Made by a program: the position numbers and the translations under genes. 45,798 bases of DNA from Catajapyx aquilonaris. Its lineage: Eukaryota. The DNA is taken from NCBI GenBank assembly GCA_000934665.2, contig JYFJ02003153.1, positions 1 through 45,798 on the forward strand, written 5' to 3'. The notes beneath the pieces were generated by a model. The model was not told where the DNA came from. It made no database searches and saw only the letters and a list, made by a program, of their open reading frames with translations. Shown piece after piece: positions 1 through 13,613 of the stretch (the first letter of the stretch is position 1; each line of letters starts with the position of its first letter).

Positions 1-3000
1 CATTGCCCCAGTATGTTGACCAAGAATTCTTCACCAGCCAGTAAGCCTGTCCATAAATCTCTCCATATCCAACAGCCAATACAGCGTGATCCAAGTCATC
101 AGGCTTGTTTCCTGATTGATGGATTCGATGAAGTAAATAAGTAATTGTTGTGTCATAATGGGACACAATATAGTAATGACCAAATATTATTGCAGACATC
201 TATTCCTTCACATATGTGGTCAGCATAGTGATGTACTAGTTAGTGACACAAGTCTGCAATAATATGTGGCCAACAGCACCAGAGTGACGTAGCTTACCAC
301 ATTTGGGTTCATAGTAAATTCCATTAGAGTAGAAGGACAGGGACTTGTGAGAAGCATCAATTCCCACAGAAATGGGACCATGCTTAGCAATGGCAATCTT
401 CAATGCATTGGCATTTCCTGATGTCACATTTACATAGCCGGTGATTTTGGCAGTCATGGTTGCATTGGCCAGATGACAAAAACCATCCTGAAGAAAATGC
501 AGTAAACATTTATGAAATATTGAAAACAAAGAAGGATAATTATAATCAGTGCAGCAACAAGAAACCTGAAAGAACTTATCCACACACAATATCCAATACA
601 CTACACTGCAAGAGCTTCCCACTTCTACACTAGGACTTCCATACTAAAGGTTGGTTCTTCATCACACTTGTCACAGCTATTAACATTAAAAGTTGCTTTG
701 CAATAGCAAACCCAGTTGTTGATTCATTATTGTGAAGCTACTAATAGTGTTTAGAAGTGAAAAGTATGATGAAGAACAGACCCAGGGCTTAAATCTGGGA
801 GAATGAGATTAACCCTTTCCCCCCAGCCACCTAGAATTTAGGTGATGAGAACTCGACCACGCAGTACCAGCTACACACGCCATCGTCTAGTTTTCCGCTT
901 AGCCGTGCGCTAAAGATAATAATAATAATAATAATTCATACCCCGTTATCAGCCATCGGCTCTTTAGGGGGAAGTTTGTTTTGCCTGGAACTCTTTGCTT
1001 TTCATTTTACTGTGCTCTTTGGGATAGGATAGGGACGGAAGGAAGTGGCTGTGGCCTATTAATTACGGAAACAACTCCGGAATTTCCCTGGAAGGACCGT
1101 GGGAAACCACAGAAAACCAAGGTCAGAATTGCCGGCCCCGGGATTCGAACCCTGGACCTCCCGATTAGCAGTCGGACGCCTTTATCCACTATGCCAACCT
1201 GCTTCGGTACCGTGCGCTGAAGATACGAACAATATATTTTACAAATAATAACAGCAATAATTACCCGGTTTGTGGAAAACACTATGAATGTGATGAAAAC
1301 AGTCTTCCTCCCATAGAAGTCCCTAAATTAATTTCCAAAAATATTGCTGTAAAAACTCGAAATTATAGTACTGCGGCCAACTGTTAGGCTGATTTAATTA
1401 TGAAATACATTAAAATATACGGAATAACAATCTTGAGAAGCTTGTCAGATGAATTTGCTGAAATCATCATACTTTTCGAGAAATAAGTAAATTTGGTAGA
1501 AATTTATCCAAACTGACAGGCAAGTCACAGAAAAGTATTAATTTATATCTTGGAAAGTACAAAGACTTCAACAAAGTCTTCTGGCATGGTTCTCTAGATT
1601 GTTATTCCGTATATTTTAATGTATTTCATAACACCCTAAAAATTGGCCAGTAGTATTTGGATTTTCATCTTTTGCAGCTATCTTTTTGGAAATTAATTTA
1701 CAGACTTATAGCCAAGGAAAACAGTTTCCAATACATATGTTGTGTTTCACATGAAGGGGTAAGTAGAGCTGTTACTATTTGTTAAATACCTTGCCCTTAC
1801 CTTCAGAGTACTTGTAACAGATCTCTGCTTGTAAGTTGGACAGGAGGGAAAATCTAGGCGGAAATATAGCGGGTATACTGTTTGGAAATTAATTTACAGA
1901 CTTCTATGCGAGTAAAACTGTTTCCAACACATGCATGAGCATGAATGTAAAAGTATAGCTGTTATTATTTGCAAAATATCTTGTCCTTATTTGAAGTGGA
2001 ACGGAAGCCATAAGAATCTAGGCAATCGAGGTATAGCTGGTACTGTACCTGGCGGTTGAGTTCTCATCGCCTAGATTCTAGGTGGCTGGGGCCGAAGGGA
2101 TTACTCTCGAAGGTTTTCACGGTGCTAGGCCCAAGATTACTTTTAAATTAATAATTTAAAAAGTTTTTATGATTATAACTTGCCTAAGAGCCACACAATT
2201 TTCAGATGTCCAACACAGGATGGTTCAAAATGTTATGCACAAACTTAAGGAGCACATAGAGGAGTCAGAGTAGAACAACAGTGGTGACAGATCATTCAGA
2301 GGGAGGCAGATTAGTCAGATGAGTCAGAAAATTCCTGATCAAAGGTGTTGTTGTTTTCTGTAGTTTGAAGGACAAGGATGGCGACCACAGCATCAATGGC
2401 TGGCATAATCAATAGCTTGCCATGCAGCAGTCACATGGCTTTTGGAACAATGGGGTATCAGGGCATGGAATGGAAGTTAAGATGCACTCATGCAATTAGC
2501 CTCTCTGTAACTATGAAGTTTGTAATGACCTGAAATTACCTAACTTTGAGTTACCCCATTTCTAACTTGCATTCATGCAACTGGCCATAAATGGTTTGCA
2601 GCCCTCATATAAATTGGATCACACTTCATCAATTACATAATATAACATGGCGGAGTCAAAATTTCTATGTAAACAAAGAAAATTTTAAAAAACTAACTGC
2701 TCCAAGGTAAGGCCCATAGCTATCCTCTGAAGGCAGCCCCTTGTGCTTAATCATCCACTGGTAGGAACGGAAATCCTCGCCTCCATCACATCCATTATTG
2801 CCAAAGCCCCAGCTACAGTCAATGAGTGCCTAGAAGAGAGAGTTACCATGAATAAACAACCTTCAATTTCATTTGGGACTGAATGCCACTTCATACCTGC
2901 TGAGAAAGACGCACAAGCTGCCCAGTCTTCAGGAAGTGTGCTCCTTCAATAGTTCCAGTAGTTCCAAAAGACCAGCATGATCCACACACACTTTGATCTG

Positions 3001-6000
3001 AAGAGAGATGGAACAAGAATAAAATACAAACTCTACAGAAAGTTGTTGTAACAACCTAGGAGACTACTGGTATTACATAATTCCATTATCCAAAGAAATC
3101 TACATTTCAAATGTAAAAATAAATTCACAATGATGCACGTTGCTGGACTGGGTTTACTTTACTTCTTCATGGGCTACTACATTTTGTAATTTTATGTGGT
3201 GCTTATAAGTGATTGATGTGGGTGTTTTTTTAAACCTTGTATGGTGCAGGCAGCCTCCAGGAACTACACAAAACACTCACTCTTGATGTCAGACAATTGT
3301 AATCAGAATTTTCAATTGTGTCAGCCTTGGTACATGAACAGACATTTCTAAATGATTACTTGTGAGCAGGACATTTTAAGCTTTCCTTTAATGATATGCT
3401 ATTCAAATAACCTAATGGGGGGGGGGGGGGGGGGGGGNACACTCCTTCTTCAGAAGAAGAAAAAAGAAAAGAAAATGCGAGTTAATCAAAGGCAAAGATT
3501 TGACCCTGCATTGCTAAAATGCTAGTGATGACAAATCCTGGCTTCCTGGCTCCTTATGAATCTTTACAACAAAATGGACTTCACCAGGTGATAGAACAAA
3601 AAAAAAAAGCTACTTACTGATGAAAATAACTCACACCTGCCAAAATGAAACTTACAAGTAAGCAGAAGTCAATGTTACTGCAATACTATTCATCAGTGGT
3701 TACTGACTAATTACAATGCTCATGATTAAAGTAACGAGCTTGTGGCAAGCTCTTCAACTTTGATGACGTTAAACAAAAGTTTCTCTCTAACCTTTTACAG
3801 GGGTGACAGCACCAAAGAGTCTCCAATCAATTGATGATGGCACCTGCCTAGCTTCTAAGAGAGAGTGAGGGAAGGGAAGCGCTCCATTGTAGCCCCTGGT
3901 AACCTGCCTTCCTCTCAGAGCCTTCAACTCTACATCAGTGCGGTCTGCCAATTGGTTCACTGCCAGTTGGAATCCACGATTTGCTCGGTTTTGAGAGAGG
4001 ATAAATCTGAAAGTTTGTCATACAAAAATTATCTTATAAGAATGAAGAAATGCACTACTGCAGTTTGTACCAGGTTGGACATATTCATTTTGGCATGCAA
4101 GAACCTGAGATTTTTCATGTATCCAATCTGATGCAACCAGCCCTCAGTGAGGCCTAATGCAGTACAACCTTATGAGATTAGTTGCTTCAGGGTGAACAGG
4201 CATACTGTGTAAGTAAAAAATTTGAAATCCATTTCTAGGACATGACCATCTACTTCAATGCATTTCAAACTCAAACACAAATCACAAATAAAATATTGTA
4301 GCTCACCATTAAGTGCAAACTTTTGCTACAAAGAGAATAGGATGCACTTTGATACTAACCTGACGTTGTGCCTAAAATTGTTCTTCCTCATCTCGTGTTC
4401 CCTAACACCTTCATATGCCTTCGAATGTGTGCGCTTAAAATTCTCAAATCCCTTCTCAATGTGGGCATCATAATTGTGCACAAATTCCATCATGGGATTG
4501 AAGGTGGCTATGTGGTCAACTCCAGGCCCAGGGAAACTCCCACAGCTCACATCTGAACATAAGAGTGGCATTAATGGCATCCAAGCATTTATAATTAGTT
4601 CAAAGTCCAGTTGCTAACATTAGCTTTAAAATAGCTTAATACTATTATGTGTAGGTTCCAATAACCTGAATAACTACAGTTCACATAAAGCTTCAATGTA
4701 CAACTGCCTGTGTTATTTGATTTTAGACTATCTTGATTCAAGGCATATGCAACAAAATCCAGACAAGGAATGTAACACATCACTTACTCTGAGGGATTTG
4801 GAACACAACTGGATCTGGTTCATCAGAATCGAAGTAGTCATAGTCCAGATAATAATGGTCATAGTGTGAGCCCAGTAGTGAGTTATATCCCTTCATCTCA
4901 TATCTGACTGGGATAACTCCTCCTTCCTCATCACCTGCAGCCTTGGCCCAAAAGGTGTACGTGTTTACCTTTCCACCCAGTTTCTGTACCAGGACCCACT
5001 TGTTGCAGGTCTCACCATGCACCATTTCTTCACCTGCAGGTTTGAACCCTTCCAATGAGGGGAGCACACTTTGAGGAGACACCCTTACTTCTTCAGATCC
5101 TTCTACCAAAAAGCAGGTGGGTGCATTAAGGACCTTCTCAGTGGTCATGGGAGCCAATTTGTATGTTCGGCCAAATGGTCCATCCTTGGAGAGCTGGTAG
5201 GTCTTCACCATGCCTTAAAAAGAACCATGAAGTGTGTGAGCTGAAATCCCATCATTAAATTCCATTTTGATACCATTGAGCTTTGATAACAGAGCAACTA
5301 GACGGCACTCTTAAGAAGTATTACCTTAGGATGCATTACATGTTTTTCACAGAAATATTGAGAATACCTGCTACAGGGCAATTCCACGAAAGAGCAGACA
5401 TGGGGTGCGGTTCTTACATCTTGACGCAGTTGGAATCTGAGTGACTAAAACCGATAGCATGTGGACCATGGTTTCCTTAGCCATGTTAGTTTGTGACAGC
5501 ATCATTCCCAACAACACAGTATTATTCCCAGAGTATCTAAGCGTGCACTCTGTGATATCCGTTCGGCTAATGCTCATTGCCAGCTGGTTATTCGCTGTAC
5601 CGATATGTGAAAGGAAGAGAGACAGACGTCTTCACATAATTCACGGGCACAAAATGCAACATCGATCTGTGCAATCACTTTGCTGTATTCATGAATGTGT
5701 GACCTTCCACAGCCAAACCAAAAGGTATCCAAAGGGCAAAAACTGACCTAGTTCCTATTTCAGTGCAGCGGAGCCATTATAAGATTATGAATTCACAGAC
5801 ATTCCAATCTCCAAAAATTTATGCTACTCCCAGTAAATCGCTGTAGGTTGTACGTAACGATGCCGGGTGGTACGTAACAGGTGGATATCTCAAATGTTTT
5901 CACGTTCAAAATGAGAATTCTCCCAATCTAATGGCATGATGAGGTTCCTCGCACCCTACTGCCCCACATGCACTTGAGCTTCGAAACCTGTGCTGTCAAA

Positions 6001-7189
6001 TTTCGCAGAGTTTCCCCCTAGTTGCATATACCCCAGAAACTGGTGTCCAATGAGGGATTGTACGTAACGAGATTTCAGACAATCGCACACGTGTGGATGG
6101 CCATCGAATAAAATTTCCATGATGTCCCTCACCTTCACATTTCTGCGCTGCATCTGATTTTCATAACAGTTAATCTGTTACGGCAAGTACCTAGCCGCAG
6201 TGGACTCCTAAACACCTCAATACAGCTTCCGATGGTCTGTACATAACGCGTGGAATTGCCCTACATCATTCCCTGTACCCCTTTACTAGAATGAAAGTGA
6301 TATCAAGTTTCATTTGCTCATTTATTAATCTTCCAAGCTTCACATGAGGTTACAATGACAGTAATATTGCAGAAAAGCACAAATCTTGTGCAATATGTCA
6401 CATGCTCTCATAATATTATTATTATTTTCTCTCACATCAGAGACAGGCCTAAGTAAAAATATTTTCCTAGCACTTGTATTTTACAACACGCATGCAGGTA
6501 CTGGAGGCATTTAATCCTTTGCACCATAGCCTTTATCTGAAACATGCACATCCATTCATAATGTGCTTCATTTATAATCACGCACATCCACATACATGAC
6601 TGGCTGGCAGGAAGAAATGGGGCTACCACTGCAATCTGGGAGCATTCCCTACAACATTGGCATTATCACCTAATATCACATTATGCTCTCATGTCTCAGC
6701 TATTATAAGGTATTGTGACACACCAGCCCAGACTCACCAAATGGTCTCGTAAGGTTTCATAAGATTACACAGAAAATAAGTTATTACAGAAAGGCTTGCC
6801 TTGTGGCCAGTCCCCACTTCCTGTGTAGCAGCCACTTGCACATGAGTGACTAGGTGCAAAGGAAACTAACAGAATAAAACATTATCTACAATCTTGCATC
6901 ATACCTCCATAGTAGTCAATCCGACTGCAGCCAGAGTCTGAATCAAGCCATGCAAAGAATGGTTCCTTGATCTCAGCATAAGGGATGTTGAGTGTTCCTG
7001 CCACACTATATATCTTTGGGAGACTTGGAGGGGACACCTCTGGGATTGAAATATCTTCAAATATCTCATTGTCTAAGACACCTCCATCAGTCAGGCACCA
7101 CACTGACAAATAAAAGATCTCTTCAGTTAAATAGTCACTTGTACGACATCTAAGAACTTACCAAATGATAATAAAATAATGACTCTCAT
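1..7189 (-). CDS. 26-29-p: 26/29-kDa proteinase-like papain-family (C1A) cysteine protease; 3' end runs off the window
   Basis: Phase-consistent GT-AG exons: 7189-7162, 7102-6905, 5213-4788, 4552-4360, 4006-3792, 2997-2897, 2829-2698, 487-298, 111-<1. Signal peptide [13 protein letters not shown]-terminal extension typical of the family ([53 protein letters not shown]); I29-like propeptide; catalytic motifs [11 protein letters not shown] (Cys), [11 protein letters not shown] (His), YWLVKNSW (Asn). Confidence 0.95.
813..2099. mobile_element. Non-autonomous piggyBac-like foldback element in a proteinase intron
   Basis: Starts TTAA|CCCTTT. 821-875 (ccccagccacctagaatttaggtgatgagaactc...gtaccagcta) is the inverted copy of about 2035-2099. 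Internal arms about 1235-1440 and 1590-1790 are also inverted. The right TTAA is degenerate (gggattac). Confidence 0.7.
919..1209 (-). mobile_element. tRNA(Ser-GCT-like)-derived SINE with (TTA)n tail
   Basis: Minus-strand head has A box TGGCATAGTGG, anticodon-like GACTGCTAATC and B box GGTTCGAATCC (1141-1151). Microsatellite tail at about 917-937. 16-bp TSD ccgtgcgct[a/g]aagata at 903-918 and 1210-1225. Confidence 0.85.
3417..3438. other. Poly-G run ending in an N (probable assembly junction)
   Basis: About 20 consecutive G followed by the only ambiguous base I saw in the window. Confidence 0.6.
5376..6261. mobile_element. Non-autonomous TIR element with 4-bp TSD (Sola2-like)
   Basis: TIRs GGGCAATTCCACG / CGTGGAATTGCCC, flanked by TACA on both sides (5372-5375, 6262-6265). 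GRG termini with a 4-bp TSD fit Sola2, but the superfamily is an inference. Confidence 0.7.
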
Positions 7190-9262
7190 CTTGAGAGTAC
7201 TGTAGTTACAAATCCAAGGGACACCTAAATTGAAGAAAAGAATGCTTAAATTTAGCTGCTATTAGTCACATTCTAACACTGGTACTTTATCAGAGCAAGG
7301 GACAAAGTTCGTAGCAGCAGATGGCACTTTGAGGTCAGTATAAGAATTAGGTTCAATGCATACTTGCTGCTTGTTTATCACAAATCATGTGACACTGTGA
7401 CACACATCTCAACACAAAAATGGCATTGCATGTAGCTTGGACCTGGAAAAACCAAGCTTCTTTTCAGACAATTTCTATTCTTAACCCTCAGAGCCCGGCA
7501 AGTACCGAGAAAGCCGGCAAGCCTTTTCCTGAGTTTTTAAAGCTTTTTAGTCAAGTCCTTGTGACCCCCAAAACAATGTTACAATAAGATTACATAGGAA
7601 AGTTATACATAAATGTTGTCATCAAATCCTGTTGTCCACCTCCATAATTTCCACCAAAAACCTCACTTTGAAGTGCTCTCCTGCTTACTGCCCTTCTCAC
7701 CACACCTTACCCTATCAAAAATCACCAGTACGTGGTAGTCTCCAGGTCCTTATGCCCCTACAAAGCGGAACGCTGTCACAACCTTCTCCACAACCACTTG
7801 ACACAAACAATGAAAAGGCCTCTCTCTGTTTTGACTGCTACTAGGCGGCCATGATAGCTGGCTGCGTCTGAATTTTGTCATTCCTCACGTGACGGGCAAG
7901 TTCGCATCATCATCGATCAACTCAGTTTGCGCTCTCGCTTGTTATGAGGCTACCCTTCAGAGGACGTCCCCGCTAAGACTGTCCTAAAAATGCCCTGATG
8001 CGTATTATCTTCATTTCATAAGTTCCCACACGAGTTCACAAATGCTCACGGTCAAGGTCATGGCCAAATTTGAATGCGATTTTGGACGTAGGCAGCTTGG
8101 CTAACAGCACAAAAAAGTGTCGTGATTTAAAACGGACGCATGACTTTTAATACTTGACACGTAAATTAAACAAAAGGAGAGTACATCCCGACCATTCCAA
8201 GAACCAATCAGATCTCAAAGCCAGACATGCCATGCGCAAAAGCATGTCAAAAATATCATGGTGGAAAATATATTTGCACAACTCCCTCTAACTTTTGGTT
8301 CCCTTGCATATGGTGAGGGAAATATTCATCACTACGGGCCGCGCTCTTCGTCCGAGCAAGTAGGCATGTTGCGATCGCAACTCAAGACTCGCAATATCGA
8401 GGATGTATAAACTGTTTTTTAACTGTTGGTGTAAGTCTACAGTGCTGGGAAACGAAGCTAGACTTGGACTTACCCCGTACGCACCACGACAAGTTGCTAA
8501 GTTGTTTCGGATTCCACAAGTCACTCGGTACTGACTCACACTGGGCTGGTTCGTTGTCGCGGCATCGCTTTATCTCTGTGGTCACGAGGTTGTGTACTGT
8601 AGATGTGTAGCAACAAGCTTTATTTTTACCATCTGCTGGCCTGCATTATCGTCTGGCTTGCTATCTTTACCCTCCCGATGGAAAATGCATCGATGATAAA
8701 GTACAGTAACACTATTTATCCACGCATACACAGGTCTGAGCAGCGCAGCGTCTATGAGAGGGGATGAAGTTTAATCAAAATAAAACTCGTGGGAAACGTT
8801 GTTAATATTACGACTAAGTCAACTTTTTTTGTGTGATTCAGAGATGCCGGAGGTATTTTTCAATTTTGGGTGGGTTATTCATTGTTCTTGCATGATTTGC
8901 ATGTCCTGTCGTGTCGGCCTGTCGCATCACACTCCACACAACGGAGCTGCTGACAGCTGAGTCGGGACTCGGTAGGGACATGTCCCGCGCTCAGGTCCCT
9001 CTGCTCTATACTAACAGGAGAGCATCACATACCAGGAGGTGATACCTTCATTGGGCGCCGCTGCTCAAACTAGTAGTTCACTACATCAACCTGAAATGCT
9101 CTTAGCTCACTCTGTAGGCTACCCTAGTAAAAATAATGGGCGAGTTTGACAAAAACTAGGCATAAGCGAAATTTCTCAGCGAAAATATTTTATTTCTGCA
9201 TATTACATGATCAACAGCAATCGCACAGTAGCCTAATTCAATCAATCAGATGGTATTTACAC

Positions 9263-10551
9263 CTAAAATTCAGCATCAAATGGATAATTCGGATGAGTTT
9301 TAAACCTGAAAAAGTCAGAGTTAATAAAATTTTCAATTAATTTCACACAATATACAGACCATGGAAGTGACAGAATCCTGCCCTCTGCGCTGTTCATCGA
9401 TCCGATGGCGTTCATGTCGTCATCAGACAGCACAAAATCAAAGATGCTCATGTTCTCCTTCATACGCTTCGGGTTGCCTGACTTGGGTACTACAGCAACA
9501 TTCCGTTGAATCTGAAGCGGTATTATGTAATTACATGTACGGCACTAGAACATCGAACTTTTGCCAGCACTTACCTGCCATCGAAGTGCAATCTGAGGTG
9601 CACTCTTCTCATGCTTCTCCGCTATTTTCTTTATGCGCTCATCTTCCATAGCCTCTTTCTTGGTGACCCCTGGCATGAAGTTTTTCCCGAAGGCTCCCAA
9701 AGGACTGTAGGCGACAACAATTACGTCCTTGTCCTTGCAGAAGGTGATTAGCTTCTCCTGGTTGAAGTAAGGATGGCACTCAACTTGATTGACCACCGGT
9801 TTGACGCTGCATTTGTCCAATATACGCTGGATCTGTTGGCTGTTGAAGTTGGACACTCCGATGGACTTTGTCAAGCCCTGCTTGACGCATTCTTCCATCT
9901 GCTTCCAGGTGTCAACGTAGTCAGCATCGGAATATGGCGGGGGATTGCCGTCAGCATCGGGGAAGAACATGATCGTGTCATTCTCCTGCGAATCAAATAA
10001 CCAATCTGTAGTGTATGCGCCATTGCTACGCTGTCAACAGCTACCTTCATGGCAATAGGCCAGTGGATGTAGTACAAGTCCAGGTAGTCCAGACCCAAAG
10101 CTTTCAGGCTTTGTTTCAGGCTAGGAATTACAAGGTCCTCCCTCATCGAGTGGCACCACAACTGAATATTCAATTGGTGTTTAGTCAAATTATTTTCATT
10201 GACAACCGTCATTTTACCTTGCTAGTGACGAAGACATTTTCACGTTTGACGACACCTTCAGCGATTTTCTGCCTTACTGCCGATCCTACGGGTGCCTCGG
10301 TACCGTACAGAAAGGCAGAATCGAAATGACGATATCCCATGTCGATGGAGTCTTTGACGGCCTGTTCGATGCCTGCGATGTCTATGTCAGCACCAGCCTG
10401 TAACAACCAAAAACCATACATTTTACCCAGATGCAATGGATAACAGAATGAATCCATATACTTAAATATTACTCACTTGTGCTGTGCCCAACCCAAGTGC
10501 GGGCATCTCCAAGCCATTATTCATCTTGAATAGAGGAATGGAGCTGGCCAT
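9263..10551 (-). CDS. Aldo-keto reductase family 1 (aldose reductase-like)
   Basis: Exons 10551-10477, 10397-10218, 10161-10045, 9985-9575, 9511-9360, 9305-9263. Motifs MPALGLGT, GYRHFDSAFLYGTE, FVTSKLW, LDYLDLYYIHWP, KSIGVSNFN, NQVECHPY, AYSPLG, VPKS, HPNYPF. Catalytic D/Y/K/H are all present. Confidence 0.95.
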
Positions 10552-11468
10552 CCTGCAGACAAACGAGTCGCCTGCAACACCAAGAAATCATTAGCAAGTG
10601 CCAAAAATTCGGACCAACTGAAAATTTACTTGGAAAGTTGGAAGTGTGAAATTCCACTTGTAGAATCACTCGTTTCGCTGGTAGGAAGCAACGACTCAAT
10701 AAGGCAAATGACATGGTAATGTAGAAAGAAATCAGCACTGTGGAGAAAGGTGGGTAGGATAGGAAGATGTGGTGAATGTGTGGAGATTATATGTAACCGC
10801 ATAGTACATCTTACCTTTAGCGAACAGAAAATAAAATGGCTTCAGCTGATCCCTCCCCTGACCGGACACCAAAAGGAAAGTAACGCCGCATATGCCTTGG
10901 TTTTTATGGTCAACTGAGCAAATGGCCTGATGGGAAATGCAAGTGAAGGCCTTGTCAGCAGTTTTTTTTTCTTCCAGCCAACTGCTGGGTCCATTTCACA
11001 AAATGTATTAGCGTATACTTGACTCACATTGTAAGATTATACTCGGACTGTTAGAATTGCTCCATATTTAGGAAATTGACCTGCTTTTTTCCATATAATA
11101 TGTAACAGTCGAAATCGGAAATTTTGTTCATTTCAGCCTGTAGAGTGCTGGGCTACCTCAAAAAGATCGTTATTATACAATACCATTTAGAATACATGCC
11201 TGGATCGAACCCAGAACCCTTCCATCCTTGGGGGCGTGCATTGCCGCAGCGCAAATTCTCCGTCTCGCTAATCTATAGCCGATATAAAGACGTGTTAAAT
11301 AACTTACATAGCATTTGAATTATAATCACTGTCATAATTTTACGGCCATCACCTCAGACATTAGCTGGCATGTTAGTCAGACGACAGACATGTGGATGTG
11401 GTATTATCGCAATTTTATTTGACAGAGGTGTCGCAGTTACAAACTAATAAAAATACAATATCATTATA

Positions 11469-12238
11469 CAGGGTCATCCAAAAAGAATGTCCCATTTTTG
11501 AAACACTATAACTAGAAAACTTGCAGACATATCAAAATGATTTAAGTTTTGAAATACTAAGCCCGAAAGGTCAAATGTTTTGGTCTCACCTTAGTTTATG
11601 TCGATATGAACTTCATTTGTCGCTCAGCAGATAGCAGGTGCTGGTAATCGGTGATTCGGTGTCGTACCAAAACCGCTCAATCCTATCTGGAGTTACCCTT
11701 GCAATACTTTCCCGTAGGTGTTGGAGATGATGGGTCATCACATCACACACATTGTTCTTGATTGATGAAATGATGATGCACATAAAAAGTCGCCTCAACC
11801 ATACAACAAACCATCCTGCCGTAGGAAAGTTTCATTTGTGCATCCTCCCACTGTGTCAAAGTCTTGAATGAGAATAGTTTCCCTTTATGGTTAGCCACCC
11901 CCGCCCTCCCCTGCCACCCAGAAGCCCCCAATGAATCTTATCCCAATGAACATTTTTGTGGAGACACAGGTATGGTGAAAAGATTCGCCATCTCCATCAC
12001 CTACTGGAAAAAATTTCAATGGTAGCGCCAGACATGCCTGAGCGGGTTAGGCAAGACACCGATTACCGTATTTACATTTTTCGAGCGACACAAGGAGCTT
12101 ATATCGAAACAAACTATGGTAAGATCAAAACTTTAGAAATTCCTTAACATTTTACAACTGAAATCATTAAGATATCTCTACAAGATTTCGAATCGTTATA
12201 TGGTTTTAAACATGGGACATTCTTTTTCGATGGCCCTG
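11469..12238. mobile_element. Non-autonomous Tc1/mariner-type element with transposase C-terminal remnants at both ends
   Basis: TA|CAGGGTCATCCAAAAAGAATGTCCCAT ... ATGGGACATTCTTTTTCGATGGCCCTG|TA. Degenerate peptides APDMPERVRQDTDYRIYIFRATQGAYIE (+) and VTPDRIERFWYDTE (-) resemble the transposase tail 'TPDML.RVW.E.DYR.D.CRAT.GAHIE'. Confidence 0.8.
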
Positions 12239-13613
12239 TATTTCTACATTTAGAGTATGCAGTATAATTGTGCAAATCATACAATATGTTGTGCAAATCA
12301 AAATTATATCGAAAAACAGGGGTAGAAAAATGTGCAATGAATCTATAACCAAAAGAATTATCAATAAATCATAATTTACTAATCGCACAGTATTGAACAA
12401 TAGACTACATTGATGAAAGTAATGGTAAACACGTTTCATTAGAAAATGAAATGGCAATTAATTTAATCGAAATGTAACTTCTGAACTTTTATTGACATTC
12501 AGGATTATTTTCTGGCATCATGCAACGTGTGCGTAATATCACAAAATCCCTTGCAAGATTGTCACGGAACAACTTTTCTGGTTTCATAATCATATGGAAA
12601 CAATCGTCCAAAAAGTGGAAATGTTATACGTGTTACATACACAGAAGTATAGCTACTGTATGCATAAAAATTTTCCCGATAAGTATGGGATATACAATGA
12701 GCTATCCCCCCCCCCGAGAAAAACATAATAAAACAATGCCAAACTTATAACGTCATACTTCAATTTATTAGAATTAGTTTTGTAGCAAGAGGTTCCATTC
12801 ACCCATGCTTCCAGGTTCCAGTTTCTTTTCGTCAGTCGTCATCAGCGAGGAGAACAGCTCGTCGACGACGCTCAACCAGAGCAGCAGCAACTACGAGAAG
12901 AAGAAAAAGTGCAAGTAGTGCAAGTATATAAGAATATATTTATGTATAATTTAATGCTAACAGCTACTAAATGTCGGTGCAATACCTTGTGTGGAAATGC
13001 AATACAAGTTTCAGATTATAATGAGTACTAACTGAATGCTTATTAGTCATTATTAATAACATTTATGATAAGCCTTGTTCAACAAATGGAAAAAAGGGCG
13101 CCTTTTATTATAGCAGTTGCATGACTGCATGGTCATATCTATATACTGTCAACGTAAGTAGACTCTTGTTACAAGAGTGACATTAACACATTATAATTCA
13201 GAAACACTACCCAATAAAAGTGTGGCACGACTCTTTAAGCCTTGCTAACAATACTAGTGCAGACAAGGAATAATGTATAGCCTAACTGATTTCCGGCTGC
13301 TGAGCGGCATCATGGTATGTCTTCAAAAATAAGCACTTGGTGCACTTGTGAACATCCCCACAACGCTGGGAAGCACTGCAACGTGGTGTGATTGACTCTT
13401 CGCTGATACCAAGATGAAGGCGAGCGAATTCATACTGGAATGATCAAAGTGATGTAAGTTATAGCGACAATTTGTTATTTATTTTTCAAAGCGTCATTTT
13501 AAACAATGATCTATACGCTCGTGCGAACAGGGATTAACCCTAACTCCTCGTATGAAAATCCATTCTGTATAAGGTCCCATATGAGGTACAGTACCGGTAC
13601 TATACAGTAAACG

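Noticed and set aside
1130..1209. tRNA genes at the SINE heads (also 28862, 32918, 33189)
   Set aside because: The cloverleaf is incomplete and each is followed by a SINE body and tail, so they are not functional tRNAs.
7481..7560. TTAA-CCCT piggyBac-like left end
   Set aside because: No matching right end found in the window, so an element cannot be delimited.
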